A stretch of 64,000 bases of DNA from Negaprion brevirostris (GCA_030324005.1 JARDVH010000084.1:22031423-22095422); one strand, 5' to 3'; counted from the first letter of the stretch, positions 13,081 through 25,404 are shown. The notes: a model not told the origin generated them from the letters alone. Numbers and translations are program-made.

Positions 13081-14809
13081 GATTTGATCCCCTTTTTTTC
13101 TTCCCTTTCTCTTCCGTCCCCAAAGCCCAGAAAGTTACTTTGGTTATTTTATTTCCCTCTGCTTTATCCTCCCTCATAAACTTAAACTTAAATTTGAACT
13201 CTTGAACTTGAAATTGTGTGATCAATTGATGTTAGGTTAAGTTTTCTTAGTGATATTTCTCTTCCCACCCACCATGCTGGTAATAGACCATATTATTTGT
13301 AACTAGTTTTTCCTGTGTGCTGGAGCCCTATTAAGCAATCCGTTTCTCCTCCTAACTAATTCCTTTGTTTAAATGCAGTTACGTAGTTCATTTGGAGTCC
13401 TGACTTCATTGAAGTTTGTTGACTTCCACGTAGATAATTGTCAAATGTTAGTAATGCCTTAAAAGACAGCAGAATGTGTTATAATGATTGCATGATGTTA
13501 GTTTGTATGTTCCAATTACAGCAACTAGAGTGAGTATTGATATTGGCTGATGCGCCCATTTGATTTTGAGGCTAAAGTTAAATGGTTGCAAGCAGCCACC
13601 TAGAAAATGTGACTCTTGGAGCATATTTATTGAATCTGCACTTTGTTTTTATCAGAGCAAGAAAAGGCTTTTAATGTTAAAGTATCGAGAGCCAGCCACT
13701 GTTGCACTTATGTAAACATTGACATATGTGAGTCATCAGGTGTTTAGTTTTCAGATCCAGTATAATTTCTTGATCTGCTATAATCATAACGTATGATAGA
13801 GATGGTGGTTCTTTAAAATGATTGGAATTACATAAGCGTTAAATGCTATTTTGTTTGTCAGTTTAAAGATGGAGAATCACACTAGTTAGTTATTATGCAG
13901 TTGCTCAGCAAGGTTGTAATATTTAAGTGTGTAAGGTATTTAACAACATCTAATGCCTATTTTGATGAATATATATAACATATACTACGAATATTAGGAT
14001 TGATCTAATCTTTTTCATCTTGTCCTTGATGGGCTTCTGTTTGACAATGAAACTGTACATGCTAACACATTCCAGGACTGGGATATGTACAAAGAAAGAT
14101 GAGAAATAACCCCCAATTCTGAATTTTGGATCGTGGAATTCAGCCTTGTTACTTTTTTCCAACTTCCATCTGTCCCAGTGGGCCATGACTCAACCTGTCT
14201 TTAATCTGCCACCAATTCTGACCTGACTTTGACTTGCTTCGTGAGATTGGGAGATGCAGAAGCACTCCCCCCAGTGGCTGCTGCTCCTGTATGCACCTTG
14301 CAGATCATTTTCTTGCAGGGGGCCATTTTCTTGGTGCTGGCACTGCTGCTGGAGCCACTGCTGCAGCAGGATGACTGGATTTTCTTGCAGGACCCTGTTA
14401 CTACTAAGGTGGCTCAGTCTTGATCCAACTGCAGTCTGCCATTCTTTTTCAAACTCTGGGCCCAGAAGGAAGGGAGATTCCAGTTGGCCATTGTCTCAGC
14501 CACATTCCACCCTCAGTAGCGTTTGCTGCTTTGTGCTGCTTCTGGCTTGGCCCACTTCTGGACTTCGATCACCGGCCACTTGGGTAGTGCCAAAGACGCT
14601 TCACTTTCTGGCCCACCGGTTCTGAGTCCCTGGGCCCAAGTTACTGTTCATTTTGGGTGGTAGCCCTGGTCAAGGGGGAACTGCAGCCAGTTACTGTTGA
14701 CAACAACAAGGAACTGAGTCCAGGGAGATTGGAGAAATCCAGCTTTGATTTTGTGCAGGAGTGGAGAATGAAGAGGGCATAAATGATTGAGGCTAGGTGG
14801 GGAGAGAGG

Positions 14810-15148
14810 GAACATAGAACATTACAGCGCAGAACAGGCCCTTCGGCCCACGATGTTGCACCGACTAATTAAAAAAGCAATGACCCTCTAACCTAAACCA
14901 ATCCCTTTCCATCCATAAACNNNNNNNNNNNNNNNNNNNNNNNNNNNNNNNNNNNNNNNNNNNNNNNNNNNNNNNNNNNNNNNNNNNNNNNNNNNNNNNN
15001 NNNNNNNNNNNNNNNNNNNNTCCACATCCTTCCTATAATGTGGGGACCAGAACTGTACACAATACTCCAAGTGCGGACGCACCAGAGTTTTGTACAGCTG
15101 CAACATGACGTTGCGGCTCCTAAATTCAATCCCCCTACCAATAAAAAA
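14810..15148 (-). mobile_element. Young CR1/HER1-like LINE 3' fragment (gapped)
   Basis: MLQLYKTLVRPHLEYCVQFWSPHYRKDV; CpG-retaining tail nearly identical to 41894-41960. Confidence 0.88.
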
Positions 15149-15714
15149 AGGGAAGTAAGGGTTATGAATGAGGGTTGGTGGAATGGGGGGGTAGGAGTGA
15201 ATGGGTCAAGTGAGTGACGTGTGTGGAGCAGAAGTGCATGATGGGACTGAGTGGGAAGGGACTGAGTGAGGAGGGAAGCGATATGAATAAATAGGTAATT
15301 GGAAAGGGCTGTGGAGTGTGTGTGGTGGTGGTGGTGAGTTGGTAAGTGGATGTCATGGGGAGAGGAGCTGATTACAATCTGTAGGTGGGTGATGAAGACT
15401 GAGACTTCTATCACCATGGAATCTGGCAAGCTTAGCTGAAACACATAAAATAACTTTACAAAACATCTTAAAGTGCGAGATGATCATATTATTATAACTT
15501 GTACGTTGATTGATAATACAGAAACTTTAATAACATTAAATGTTATTGTTTCAAGGCTGTTTTGTTTTTGCTGGGGTTTGGGATCACAATTTTTGAGATT
15601 TTTCAAAATATATTGGTTGATGGGATGTGGGTTTCACCGTCAAGACTAATGTTTGTTCTCCATCCCTAATTGCCCTCGAGAAGATGGTGGTGAGTTAAAT
15701 TGCGGTCATGCTGG

Positions 15715-16170
15715 AAATAATTTGCAAAGTGGGTTTACTCGACATTTCTGGAGTTGAGGGCTTATCTTATGAAGAAAGGGTGAAAAAGTTGGTCCTATAC
15801 CCATTGGATTAATAGAAGGTGATCTTATTGAAACATGTAAGACCTTAAGGCAATTTGATTGGGAAGATGGTGGGGGGGTGTTTCCTCTTGTTGGGGAGAC
15901 GTGATTGAAGGGATAGCTTTAAAAAAAGAGGTCTCCCCTTTAAGATGGAGACGAGAGAGTATTTTCTCTGGGGGTAGTCAATCTGTGGAATTCTATTTCT
16001 TAGAAAGCAGCTGAATTTATTCAAGGTTGAGTTGGATAAAGTTTTGAATGACAAGGGCGTTGAAGGCTATGGGGGAGCAAGTGTAGTTGAGACCACAGCC
16101 ATGATTTTATCAAATGATGAAGGCTGAAAAGGCTGAATAATTACCTCCTACTCCTAATTCCAATGTTCCG
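15715..16170 (+). mobile_element. Decayed CR1 3' end
   Basis: GLSYEERV..LVLY, GDLIETCK motifs and 3' UTR. Confidence 0.7.
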
Positions 16171-17649
16171 AAGTGCTGCCACAGTTGTTTGCTTCGCTTT
16201 GCACGTACATAATCCAGCAAGGTCACATTCTGTTGTCAGTATGGACTTCATCTTGTATTACGTGCACCAGCTGTATTGAATGTTGAAATTCTGAGGTCAG
16301 TTTGGTGATTTGATACAAATGCATTGCTCTGTCTTGGTAATGGTAGGCAAACAAAGGAAAAACTCATGTTTCTGCCCACTTGAAGTCTTGTTCCACCCAT
16401 TTGAAGTGGCCTAGAAGCTTTTGCAATTCAGTAAAGAAAATTTAAAAAAGCTATAATTACATGATTCCTTGTCACCAAAAAAAACTTTTTGGTCTTCAGC
16501 CACTATTTTTTCAGGCTTTTTTTGTCTTTGGCCAAACTGACCCCAGTATATAAATAACAATACTGGAAGGTATTTTTTCACCCCATGGGGTGAATTTTAC
16601 AGGTCAGGAAAGTAGGCAAGCTTGGATCTGTAAATTCAGGCACTGTGCCATTACTTGTCAAGGAGCTTTAAATTTCATTGGGATCATTATTTTTTGAGTA
16701 AGATGGACTCGGCTGGCCTGAGTCAGAGGGTTGGCCAAGACAGGATTTGAAGAAAACTGGATTATAATTGGGCACAGAATTATTGCTATTCTGACAAAGT
16801 TATGGCCCATTGTTATTTAATTAGCGAGCTGAAAGACTCTGTTTGTCAGCTATTCAAGTGTGACAGCTTACAGCTAAACCTCCCGCAACCTTAAAGATTG
16901 AATTCAGCAAAATTCATTGGCCTGGCGGTGGAAATTTGATAGTTGAATAAGTTGTCCAGAAATGTGTGAACTTTGAACCTGCTACCCAAATCCTCTTTGT
17001 GATATAAGTAAATGTTCACTTGTTTCTAATATGGAGATCAAAGCTATTCAGACAATTAACAGCAGCAAAATAGGCATAAAGCCATAATCCCAGTTATAGT
17101 TGTTTTTCAAAAAAAATGTGGAACTGTGACTTTGTTTATCTATTTTCTAACCTGACGTGCTGTGGCCAACTCAAATGCAGCTCCACATGAGTGCAAGTAA
17201 AATACCGACTGGAACTTGACCTCCTGGAGCTTGCAGCTTTGTGACAATTCAATACAGTGCATAGTTAACTTATTAAAATATTGAGCAAATTCCAATAATT
17301 TTTAAAACTAAAACAGTACAACAGAGATTAAAATAAATGTACAATTGTCTAAAATATAACAGATAATCTAAAACATAATCTTTGGCTGTGTGGTGTTTTT
17401 TTGATTACAGTTGAGTGAGTCTGGTTAAAAGGAGATTTTTTTTGACTCTAATACTATTTTTCAAATTGGTGGATATATCCACTTTTAGATCCTCAAATCC
17501 ATTCACTGAGCTCTGTATTATTGTTGTGAGCCTACATATTTTTAGAACTTTTTTTGAAAAAAGCAGCTAGGTCCACATTAATCTAAAAATGCTTTTAATG
17601 AGACATATGACTTTTAAAGCATGCTTATTTTGGAATAAGGTTTTATTGG

Positions 17650-17864
17650 TGTAATAGTTGCAAGGTAAAGATGACCAACTCAGCAAATAAATGAACCAGG
17701 GGTTTATTGGGAAAACAACTATATACAGGATAGAGATAGGAATGCTTCTGAATTCCATGACTCCTGGACTCCAACTCTCAAACAATCGCCTCTCCACGAT
17801 TCGCCTGATGGGTCCTGTGACCGACGATATCATCTTCACCCAAAACGAAGTGTATGTCACCACA
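17650..17864 (-). repeat. 3' LTR of the Gypsy element; PPT at 17865-17876 (AAGGGGGAGGGG on minus strand)
   Basis: TGTAATAGTTGCAAGGTAAAGATGACCAACTC...TGTCACCACA, homologous to 23386-23580. Confidence 0.85.
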
Positions 17865-18273
17865 CCCCTCCCCCTTCAATTTTTTAATTATTGTTTTGCA
17901 ATAATAAAACTATTTACAATATTAAAAAGCAAAAGTGGGGAAACTTAGTCTCTCAATCAGCAAGTCTATTGGCGATCATCTACTTCTTTCTAAAGCATCA
18001 CAATTCTTTAACAAGCGCTTCATCAGGAAGGCTTCTAGTTTGCACAGGCATTCAACTGCCTGTCAATTCTACAATTCCTGCTGGAATAGTACTTGGCCCT
18101 TCCTCAGAGTTACCAAATTCGGTTCTGTTTACCGCTGCTGGAACCACAATAGCAGGAACAGACTGATCAGTGGTACTGTGAGTGGTTCTCTTCTCCTCAG
18201 ATGGTCTGCATGCTTCATTTTCTTTCCTTGTATGCCAACTCAAAGGACACTGGACGTGTCTTTGCCATGATTG

Positions 18274-18527
18274 TGGGACGACACAGTGATCAGCGCTGCT
18301 GCCTCACAGCGCCAGGAACCTCAGTTCAATTCCCGGCTTGGGTCACTGTCGGAGTCTCCGATTTCTCCCACAGTCCAAAAGATGTGCTGGTTAGGTGCAT
18401 TGGCCATGCTAAATTCTCCCTCAGCATACCCCAACAGGTGCCAGGGTGTGGCGAATGGGGCATTTTCACAGTAACTTCATTGCAGTGTTAATGTAAGCCT
18501 ATCTGTGACACTAATAATAAACTTTAA
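18274..18527 (+). mobile_element. tRNA-derived V-SINE (HE1-like) nested in the Gypsy element
   Basis: A/B-box-like head, CCCACAGTCCAAAAGATGTG central domain, AATAATAAACTTT tail. Confidence 0.8.
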
Positions 18528-20835
18528 AAAAAATTCATTCCAGGGGTCCAGTCTGGGCCAGCATTGAAATTTCTTATATATGCTAAATCATTTACCTCAA
18601 AAACCCTCTCACCCTTTGTAGAATCATGGTATTTCTTCTGTGTGTTCTGTTTTGCCTCCCCACCAAATTTGGGAATATTAAATCAAGTCTAGTCTGAAGA
18701 CATCTTGCCATGAGCAACTCGGTGGGAGTCATGTCTGTAGTTGCATGGGGCATTGTTCTGTATGGCAGTAGGAAACGGGTCGGTTTAAGTCATAAAGATG
18801 CAGAAGATTGTTTCATCATGGCCTACTTAAATATTTGGTTAGCCTTTTAGCTAATGCATTTGAGGTCAAGTGATAGGGTGCTGTTAACACAAGCTTTGTG
18901 CCACTAGCTCGCGTAAAGTGTTGAACTTCCTCCTCAGTGAATGCAGTCCTTTTATCAGAGGCCAGTATCTTGGGTAACCCATGGGTGGCAAATGTTTGCT
19001 GCAGTTTATCTATAATTTCCAGGGAGGTGGTAGCCTTCATGTCATGTACGTCTATCCACTTAGCATGAGCATCATTAAGGATCAGGAACATAGTGTCCAT
19101 GAAATGACCCACAAAGTATACGTGGAGACATGCCCAAGGCTTACCTGGTTATTCCCAGGGGTACAACAGAGTAAACTTTACTCTGCTTGACACTGGTTAC
19201 AATGTTTGACCAGGACATCGATATCCTTGTCAATCCAGGGCCAACTCTTGTAACTTAGTGGCAACATTTTCATTTCTGAGGTGCACACAGTGCAATTCTT
19301 GCAACAGCATCCTTGCAGGAACAGGGAAAACTATGCTAATTACCCATAACAGAACTCGATCCTTTCAAAATAACTCACATTTTCTGAGACAAAATGGTCA
19401 AAATTGCATGAACTTATTGTAATGGAAACTCTGAAGGACTATACATTTGCCCTTAGACAGTGAGGGATTTTTTGGATCCATACTTGTTGTGTTGAAGCAG
19501 GTATCGTATACCAGAAGTTGAGGATGAGGATGATTTCTTTTGGCACCAGTGGTGGTGAAATTGTCTATGGCAAAGGAAGCTGACTTAATGCATCTGCCTT
19601 GCAATATGGGTGCCAGGCTCATGTTGGAATGCGTAATTGTAGGCCACTAGGAGCAAAGGCCATTGTTGGATCCTAGCTGACACATTGGGCAGAATGGCCT
19701 TGTCCTCTGAATAAGCCCACAAGTGGTATATGATTGGTAACAATGTGATGTCCGTAGACGAATTGACAAAACATTTTCATTCTGTAAATAATGGCCAAAC
19801 CTTCCTTTTCTATTTGAGAATAGACTATCTCAGCATCAGAGTGTTCTAGAAGCATAAACAATACTTCTCTCCACACCATCTTCCATTTTGTGGAGCAGTA
19901 CTGCTCCTATCCCACAGGGTGAAGCATTGCAGGTCAGAACTATTTCATTCAAGGGATCAAAATGAACTAAAAGGTTTGATGACAGCAATCCTAATTTATT
20001 TGTTCAAAGGCTTCTTTTTGAGATTCGCTCGAATACTACCCTGCACTTTCTAAGAAACTTGTACTAGCAATGTGATAAGACTGGGGATGATTTGGCCATA
20101 ATAATTCATCATGCCTAAAAAAGATTTTAGTTCTGATATGTTTCTGGGTGCTGGAGTTTCTTTGATTGCCTTAATCCTTCCCTCTGTAGGATGAAGTCCC
20201 TGTGTGTCAACTTAAATCCAAGTGAAGTGACTTTGTGAGCTTGAAATCTTTTGCCTTATTCCTGCTTTTTTTAAATCTCTGTAGGACTTCCTCAAGATTT
20301 GCTAAATATTCTTCCTCAGAATCTCCTACAATTGACATGTTGTCTAAATAGACCAACACCATGGGAACATCCCTTTCACAAGGTTTCCAATGTCTGCTGG
20401 AATATCGTGTGCATGCTGAAAATACTCCGAATGGCACTGGGTATATTGAAATAAGCCTCTATGGGTGTTGATTGTTATGACTTCCCTTGATGCTTTGTTA
20501 AGCTCCATCTGCTGGTAGGCTTGGCTCATGTCAAGCTTTGCACAAGTCAAAACATCCCAGTTAATTTGGCATATCTGTCTTCAATTCTAGGTATTGGGTA
20601 CCAATCCAGTTTGGCAGCTTTATTAATTGTCATCATATAATTGCCACAGATTCTGTCAGTCCCATCTGGCATAACCATGGATACAATGGGGGCAGCCCAC
20701 TCTGGGAACTGCACAGGCTTAATTATTATTCATATGTCTTCCAGCTGCTTGAACTCAGTTTCTATTTCTTCATGTAAAGGTAGGATACTGGACAAGCTCT
20801 GAAGAACTTGGGTGTTGCCTGGTGCTGTTGTTGTA

Positions 20836-22640
20836 CACAGAACAGTACAGCACAGAAACAAGCCCTTCGGCCCACCAAGCATGCGCTGATTATGTTGTTT
20901 TACTTAGACCAACTGCCCATTTCGCTCTATATCCTGTCTGTTATGTGCCTATCCAGATAAACCATAAATGTCGCTAACATATCTGCCTCAACCGCCTCGA
21001 TTGGCAGAGCGTTCCAGGCTCCCACTTATCCTCTTGTAAAAAGACTTGCCCTGCACATCGATCTTGAACATTTCTCCCCTTACCTTGAGCTTGTCCCCCC
21101 CACCCTATTATTTCATAAACTTCTATCAGGTCCCCCCGCAGCCTCTGCCTTTCCAGGGAGAACAATCCCAGTTTATTCAATCTCTCCTCATAGTTAATAC
21201 CCTCTGTACCAGCCTTTTCTGCACTCCCTCCTAGGCCAGCACGTCCTTCTGGTACTGTGGTGACCAGATTTGAACACAGTATTCCAAATGTGGCCGAACA
21301 AATGTTTTATGTAATTGTAAATAATTTGCCAACTTTCATAGCTGATGTCCCAGCTGATGACGTATGCTTTCTTCAACACGTTCTCCATCATTGCTGCCAG
21401 TTTTGAGGATCTGTAGACCTGTACTGTCAGATTTGTGTGTCTATGCTCCTGGTGGTTCTGCCATTTATTTTATAACTGAATTGGATCCACCAAAATGCAT
21501 CACCTCACATTTGTCCAAACTAAATTCCATCTGTCATTTCTCCGCCTAATTTCCCAGCCTATCTAAATATCCTGCTATATCCTCTGACAATCTTCATCAC
21601 TATCCACAACTCCAGCAATCTTAGTATCATCTGCAAATTTGCTAATCCGACCAGTTGTTTTCTGCCAAGTCATTTATATATATTACAAACAACAGAAGTT
21701 CCAGCACTGATCTCTGTGGAACACTACGAGTTACAGACCTCCATTCAGAAAACACTTTCCCACCACTACCCTCTGTCTTCAATGGCCAAGCCAGTTCTGA
21801 ATCCATCTAGCTAGTTCACCCTTGATCCTGTGTGATTTAATCTTTTGTACCAACCTACCATGAGGGACTTTGTCAGATGCTTTACGAAAGTCCATGTGGA
21901 CAACATGTGCAGTCCTTCCCTCATCAATCATTTTGGTCACGTACTCAAAAAACTCAAAATCAAATTAGTGAGACATGACCTCCCTCATACAAAAACCATG
22001 CTGTCTGTCGCTAATAAGACCATTCAGTTCCAAATGTATATAGATCCTATCCCTAAGAACCTTCTCCAATAATTTTACTATAACTAATCTATAATTACCC
22101 AGGTTATTCTTGCTACATTTCTTAAATAGTGGGACAACATTGGCTATCCTCCACTTCTCTGGGTCCTCACCTGTGGCCAATGAGGAAACAAAGATTTCTG
22201 TTAGAGACTCAGCAATCTCCTCGTTTATCTGTCTGGGATAGATGCCATCTGGATCTAGGGATTTGTCTACCTTAATGCTTTTTAATACACCAACACTTCC
22301 TCCCTCATACTGGTGACTTGCTCTAGAGGGTCTACATACCCCTCCAGTACACTATCAATCAACATGTCCCTCTCCTTTGTGAATACCAATGCAAAGTACT
22401 CATTAAGGATCTCACTCACTTCCTTTGGTTCCACACATAATTTCTCTCCTTTGTCCTTGAGTGGACCAACTCTTTCTCTAGCTACTCCCTTGTTGTGAAT
22501 ATATGCATAAAATGCCTTGGGATTTTCCTTAATTCTGCCTGCCAAGGACATTTTGTGACCCCATTTTCCCCCCCAACACCTCTGTTTGATATCTTTTATA
22601 TTCTCCCTATATTCTTCAATGCTTCATCTGTTTGTCCCCA
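20836..22640 (-). mobile_element. 5'-truncated CR1/HER1-like LINE nested in the Gypsy pol
   Basis: minus ORF fragments IKENPKAFYAYI, PEKWRIANVVPLFKK, LGLFSLERQRLRGDLIEVY; CR1-type 3' tail near 20840. Confidence 0.88.
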
Positions 22641-23385
22641 GTATTTTCAAGGTTTCTCCAGTATAATGGCCATCTTAGACATTGTGCTTTTTCATTTCAA
22701 GGGCTGGACCCCATCTTGCAAATATCAATATGTCTGGTCTCCTAAGACAGTGGCAGAGGCTTCTGTGTCCACTTCTGTACTTAATGGCCAACCATTCATT
22801 ATTATCATTATCACAATTATGGATGACTTGTTTACTTCAATAAACTTCAATTCTGCTGCTAGTATTTTTTGTATATTGAGGCTATTCATACCACAAACTA
22901 ATTTACATCCCAGCACATTGTTGGGTGTTGATGTGCATTCACACTGCTCAGCCAGTTGCCTTAACTCTACCGTGAACATCATCTCCCTTGGGTTTCTCAT
23001 TGTTGAATTAAATTGGTATCACTGCATAATCACTGATGGTTTTGGGTTGTGGTGTTCCTTAATGCAATGAGTTGCTCACAAGCTTTTGTATCGGGTACCT
23101 CTGGGGAGGTCAGATTTCAAACAAGATTGTAAATCTGAGCCCCACATGTTGGTAGATGGATGACCCTTTCTGCTTTTCCTCCCCCTGATTTCATTGGCCT
23201 TATCAGAGATACTAAACATATTGGACCCACTGTTCCATTTCAGGGCCAAGTTGTTCTCATTTCTCAATCAGTGGCATTTTGGCACTCAGGTTGTCACAGC
23301 AATGGTTTTCAAGGGTGTTCAATACAAGGACCACACTCCCAATTTATGGCAGATGACAGAAAGGGCTCCAATTTACTTTGCAGGA

Positions 23386-23580
23386 TGTGATCGCTGCGAG
23401 GTAAAGATGACCAACTCGGCAGATAAACTAACAAGGGGAAGCAACTATATACAGTACAGAGATGAGAATGCTTCTGAACTCCACGACTCTCACTTCGCTG
23501 ATCAGTCACTTCGTTGAGATTAGTATGATGGCTCATGTGACCCCGATAACATCCTGCAAACAAAAGGGCATGTCACCACA
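23386..23580 (-). repeat. 5' LTR of the Gypsy element
   Basis: TGTGATCGCTGCGAGGTAAAGATGACCAACTC...TGTCACCACA; outer flanks ATTGG (17645-17649) and GTTGG (23581-23585) form a 5-bp TSD with one mismatch. Confidence 0.85.
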
Positions 23581-24403
23581 GTTGGTGATATGGTTTTATG
23601 TTCTTATTAGGATCTAACCCTACCAAATTACAAATGTATAGGCCATTTTGATTTTAATACCCTCCTCTAATCTTTTCTTAAAGTCACAGATTTATGCTTG
23701 GTCCTGCTACTTTCTACCAACTTGTTCAAGTGGCCAATCTTCAAGTGTGAAGCGAGACAGTAATTATTGGAAAGCTACTGAACAACGACAGCACCATAAA
23801 AATGATCCTGTCTCTGATCAGCACTTTCATTATTCTGTGTCTATATTGTAGAACAGTTAGGTATGAGAATCTCTCATTTTCTCCTTACCACTTACTGACT
23901 GTTGCTTTAGAAAATGCAGGGAATTAATATAATTGGACAATGTAAAGTATTGGGCACTACTACTACTACTGAGTTTTAAAATAATAGTTAGTCTGCTACA
24001 TAATAGAATGTTCTTAGAAATCAGACATTGTAATTTTTAGAGAATTGTTGCATATACAGCAGTGTGCAATTATTTCAAAATATTTTGTACATTGGGGGAG
24101 GGAAAGCTAACAACTGGTAAATCATTAACTGCATTTTAACAAAGATTTTTGTCCTGTATAATTTAAGTTTATTAAAATTTCTCTTAGCTAACTGGCATGC
24201 AAAGATTTGGCCCACACTATTCTTCCTTGGCACAGGCTGTATGGTGGCACGTTTGTTAATTCTTAACCACTTGTTTGAGAAAAGGGACTCTTGTTCAGTG
24301 TGATAGCTCGATTCATGCAGGTGCATCCTGAGTTGTAACACTTTTTTAAAAAAAAAGACACGAGATATGCATTCACCAATCTGTAGTTTTGTAGTTCAGA
24401 ACT

Positions 24404-24692
24404 TGAATATTGTTGAAAAGAGGGACTTGTTGCCGAAATGTTTTGTCTTGCTCTCATCAGGACCAGTGTAAGAATGGCAAATTTCAAAGGGTCACCACAA
24501 TTGATGACAACTATTCTCATCTACGTGAGAAGAGGGTGTTTGCTTGTCAAGTCATCTCTGGCTGAGTAATTACCATGGAGTAAACATCCTTTTATCGTTT
24601 TTAATTTATTCTGATGGTTTGAAATTTGGCATTCTTGTGCTTGTGCTATAGAATGAAGATGAAAAGCTTGTATCGCTTTCCAGCAATATTCA
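24404..24692. mobile_element. About 290-bp element with long imperfect terminal inverted repeats (Penelope-derived or MITE-like)
   Basis: arms 24404-24488 and 24618-24692 are reverse complements (TGAATATTG...AAGAATG.CAAATTTCAAA); CTGATGA on the minus strand of the left arm. Confidence 0.65.
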
Positions 24693-24799
24693 CCATGCTT
24701 TTATGTTAAATCCTTATCTATCAATAGTTTTAAAGAGTCTCACATGGCATGGTGTGTCCTGTTTAATTCTGTTTTCTGTCTCTCAGTTGAACTTCTCAG

Positions 24800-24808
24800 A
24801 ATCCTTTG
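24800..24808 (+). CDS. PTPRF: 9-nt microexon meA3 (encodes ESF)
   Basis: pyrimidine tract ...cttctcAG|AATCCTTTG|GTAAGT; phase 1-1; same position and size as PTPRD meA3 (ESI) and PTPRS ETF; 553 nt upstream of meA6. Confidence 0.78.
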
Positions 24809-25361
24809 GTAAGTGCTTGGTGTTCAGACTACAGTATGCATAAAAGCAGTGGTGCATGACATTCTTCTACTAACTGAGGCATACCCTTACCATGTCTAAT
24901 ATCTAGGCTACGTGTCACAGTGTAAAAACTCATAATAAACCTTGACCAAATGATACATCCCTCTTGCTGTCCAGGAAAAGGTTTAAAATCTGATGCAATG
25001 GTTGACATGGTGTTTAAGTAAAAAGGATGAAAGAATATGAACCTTTTTCCCTAATATTCTGCCTGCAACGCAGTGCTGTCTGTGTGATTTACTCGCTGAG
25101 GACTGATTGTTAACCCCGAACTTTTACAAGTCCAGGCACTTACATGGATGCTGCACTGCTGAGGACAGCTTTACTAACCTTCCTAAGGAATTGCTCTGAC
25201 TTGTTACTTTGCATCAGCCTTTTCTGTTGCTTAAAAAGAAATATATATATATATTATATATAATAATCTAATTCTTTTTTCTTTTGGTTTTCTTTTTTTT
25301 TCTTTCTCTCCTGTACTAATGCTTCTCTTTAATCTTATTTGCATTCAAATTACCTCACCAG

Positions 25362-25379
25362 GTGGTACACCAATCAGAG
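25362..25379 (+). CDS. PTPRF: 18-nt microexon meA6 (encodes GGTPIR)
   Basis: long T-rich tract, TACTAAT branch-like motif, TGC at 25340, accAG|GTGGTACACCAATCAGAG|GTAAGA; peptide matches the known meA6. Confidence 0.93.
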
Positions 25380-25404
25380 GTAAGAATGCTGAACGTGCTC
25401 AGAA

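Larger units (their letters stand above)
17650..23580 (-). mobile_element. Decayed two-LTR Ty3/Gypsy retrotransposon (Mag-clade-like)
   Basis: Paired TG...CA direct repeats; polypurine tract; minus-strand remnants of gag (ELRQLAEQCE...LVCG), protease (EVDTEASATV), RT (KLDMSQAYQQ, INTHRGLFQY, PFGV, VYLDN), RNase H (YSQIEKEGLAI) and integrase (FATHGLPKILASD) in Gypsy order; many stops and frameshifts. Confidence 0.9.

Noticed and set aside
17176-17191. Exact 16-mer TGCAGCTCCACATGAG shared with 50840-50855
   Set aside because: About one such match is expected by chance in 64 kb, and the flanks do not align.
22495-23070. 191-aa plus-strand ORF
   Set aside because: It is the antisense shadow of Gypsy gag/protease and CR1 remnants.
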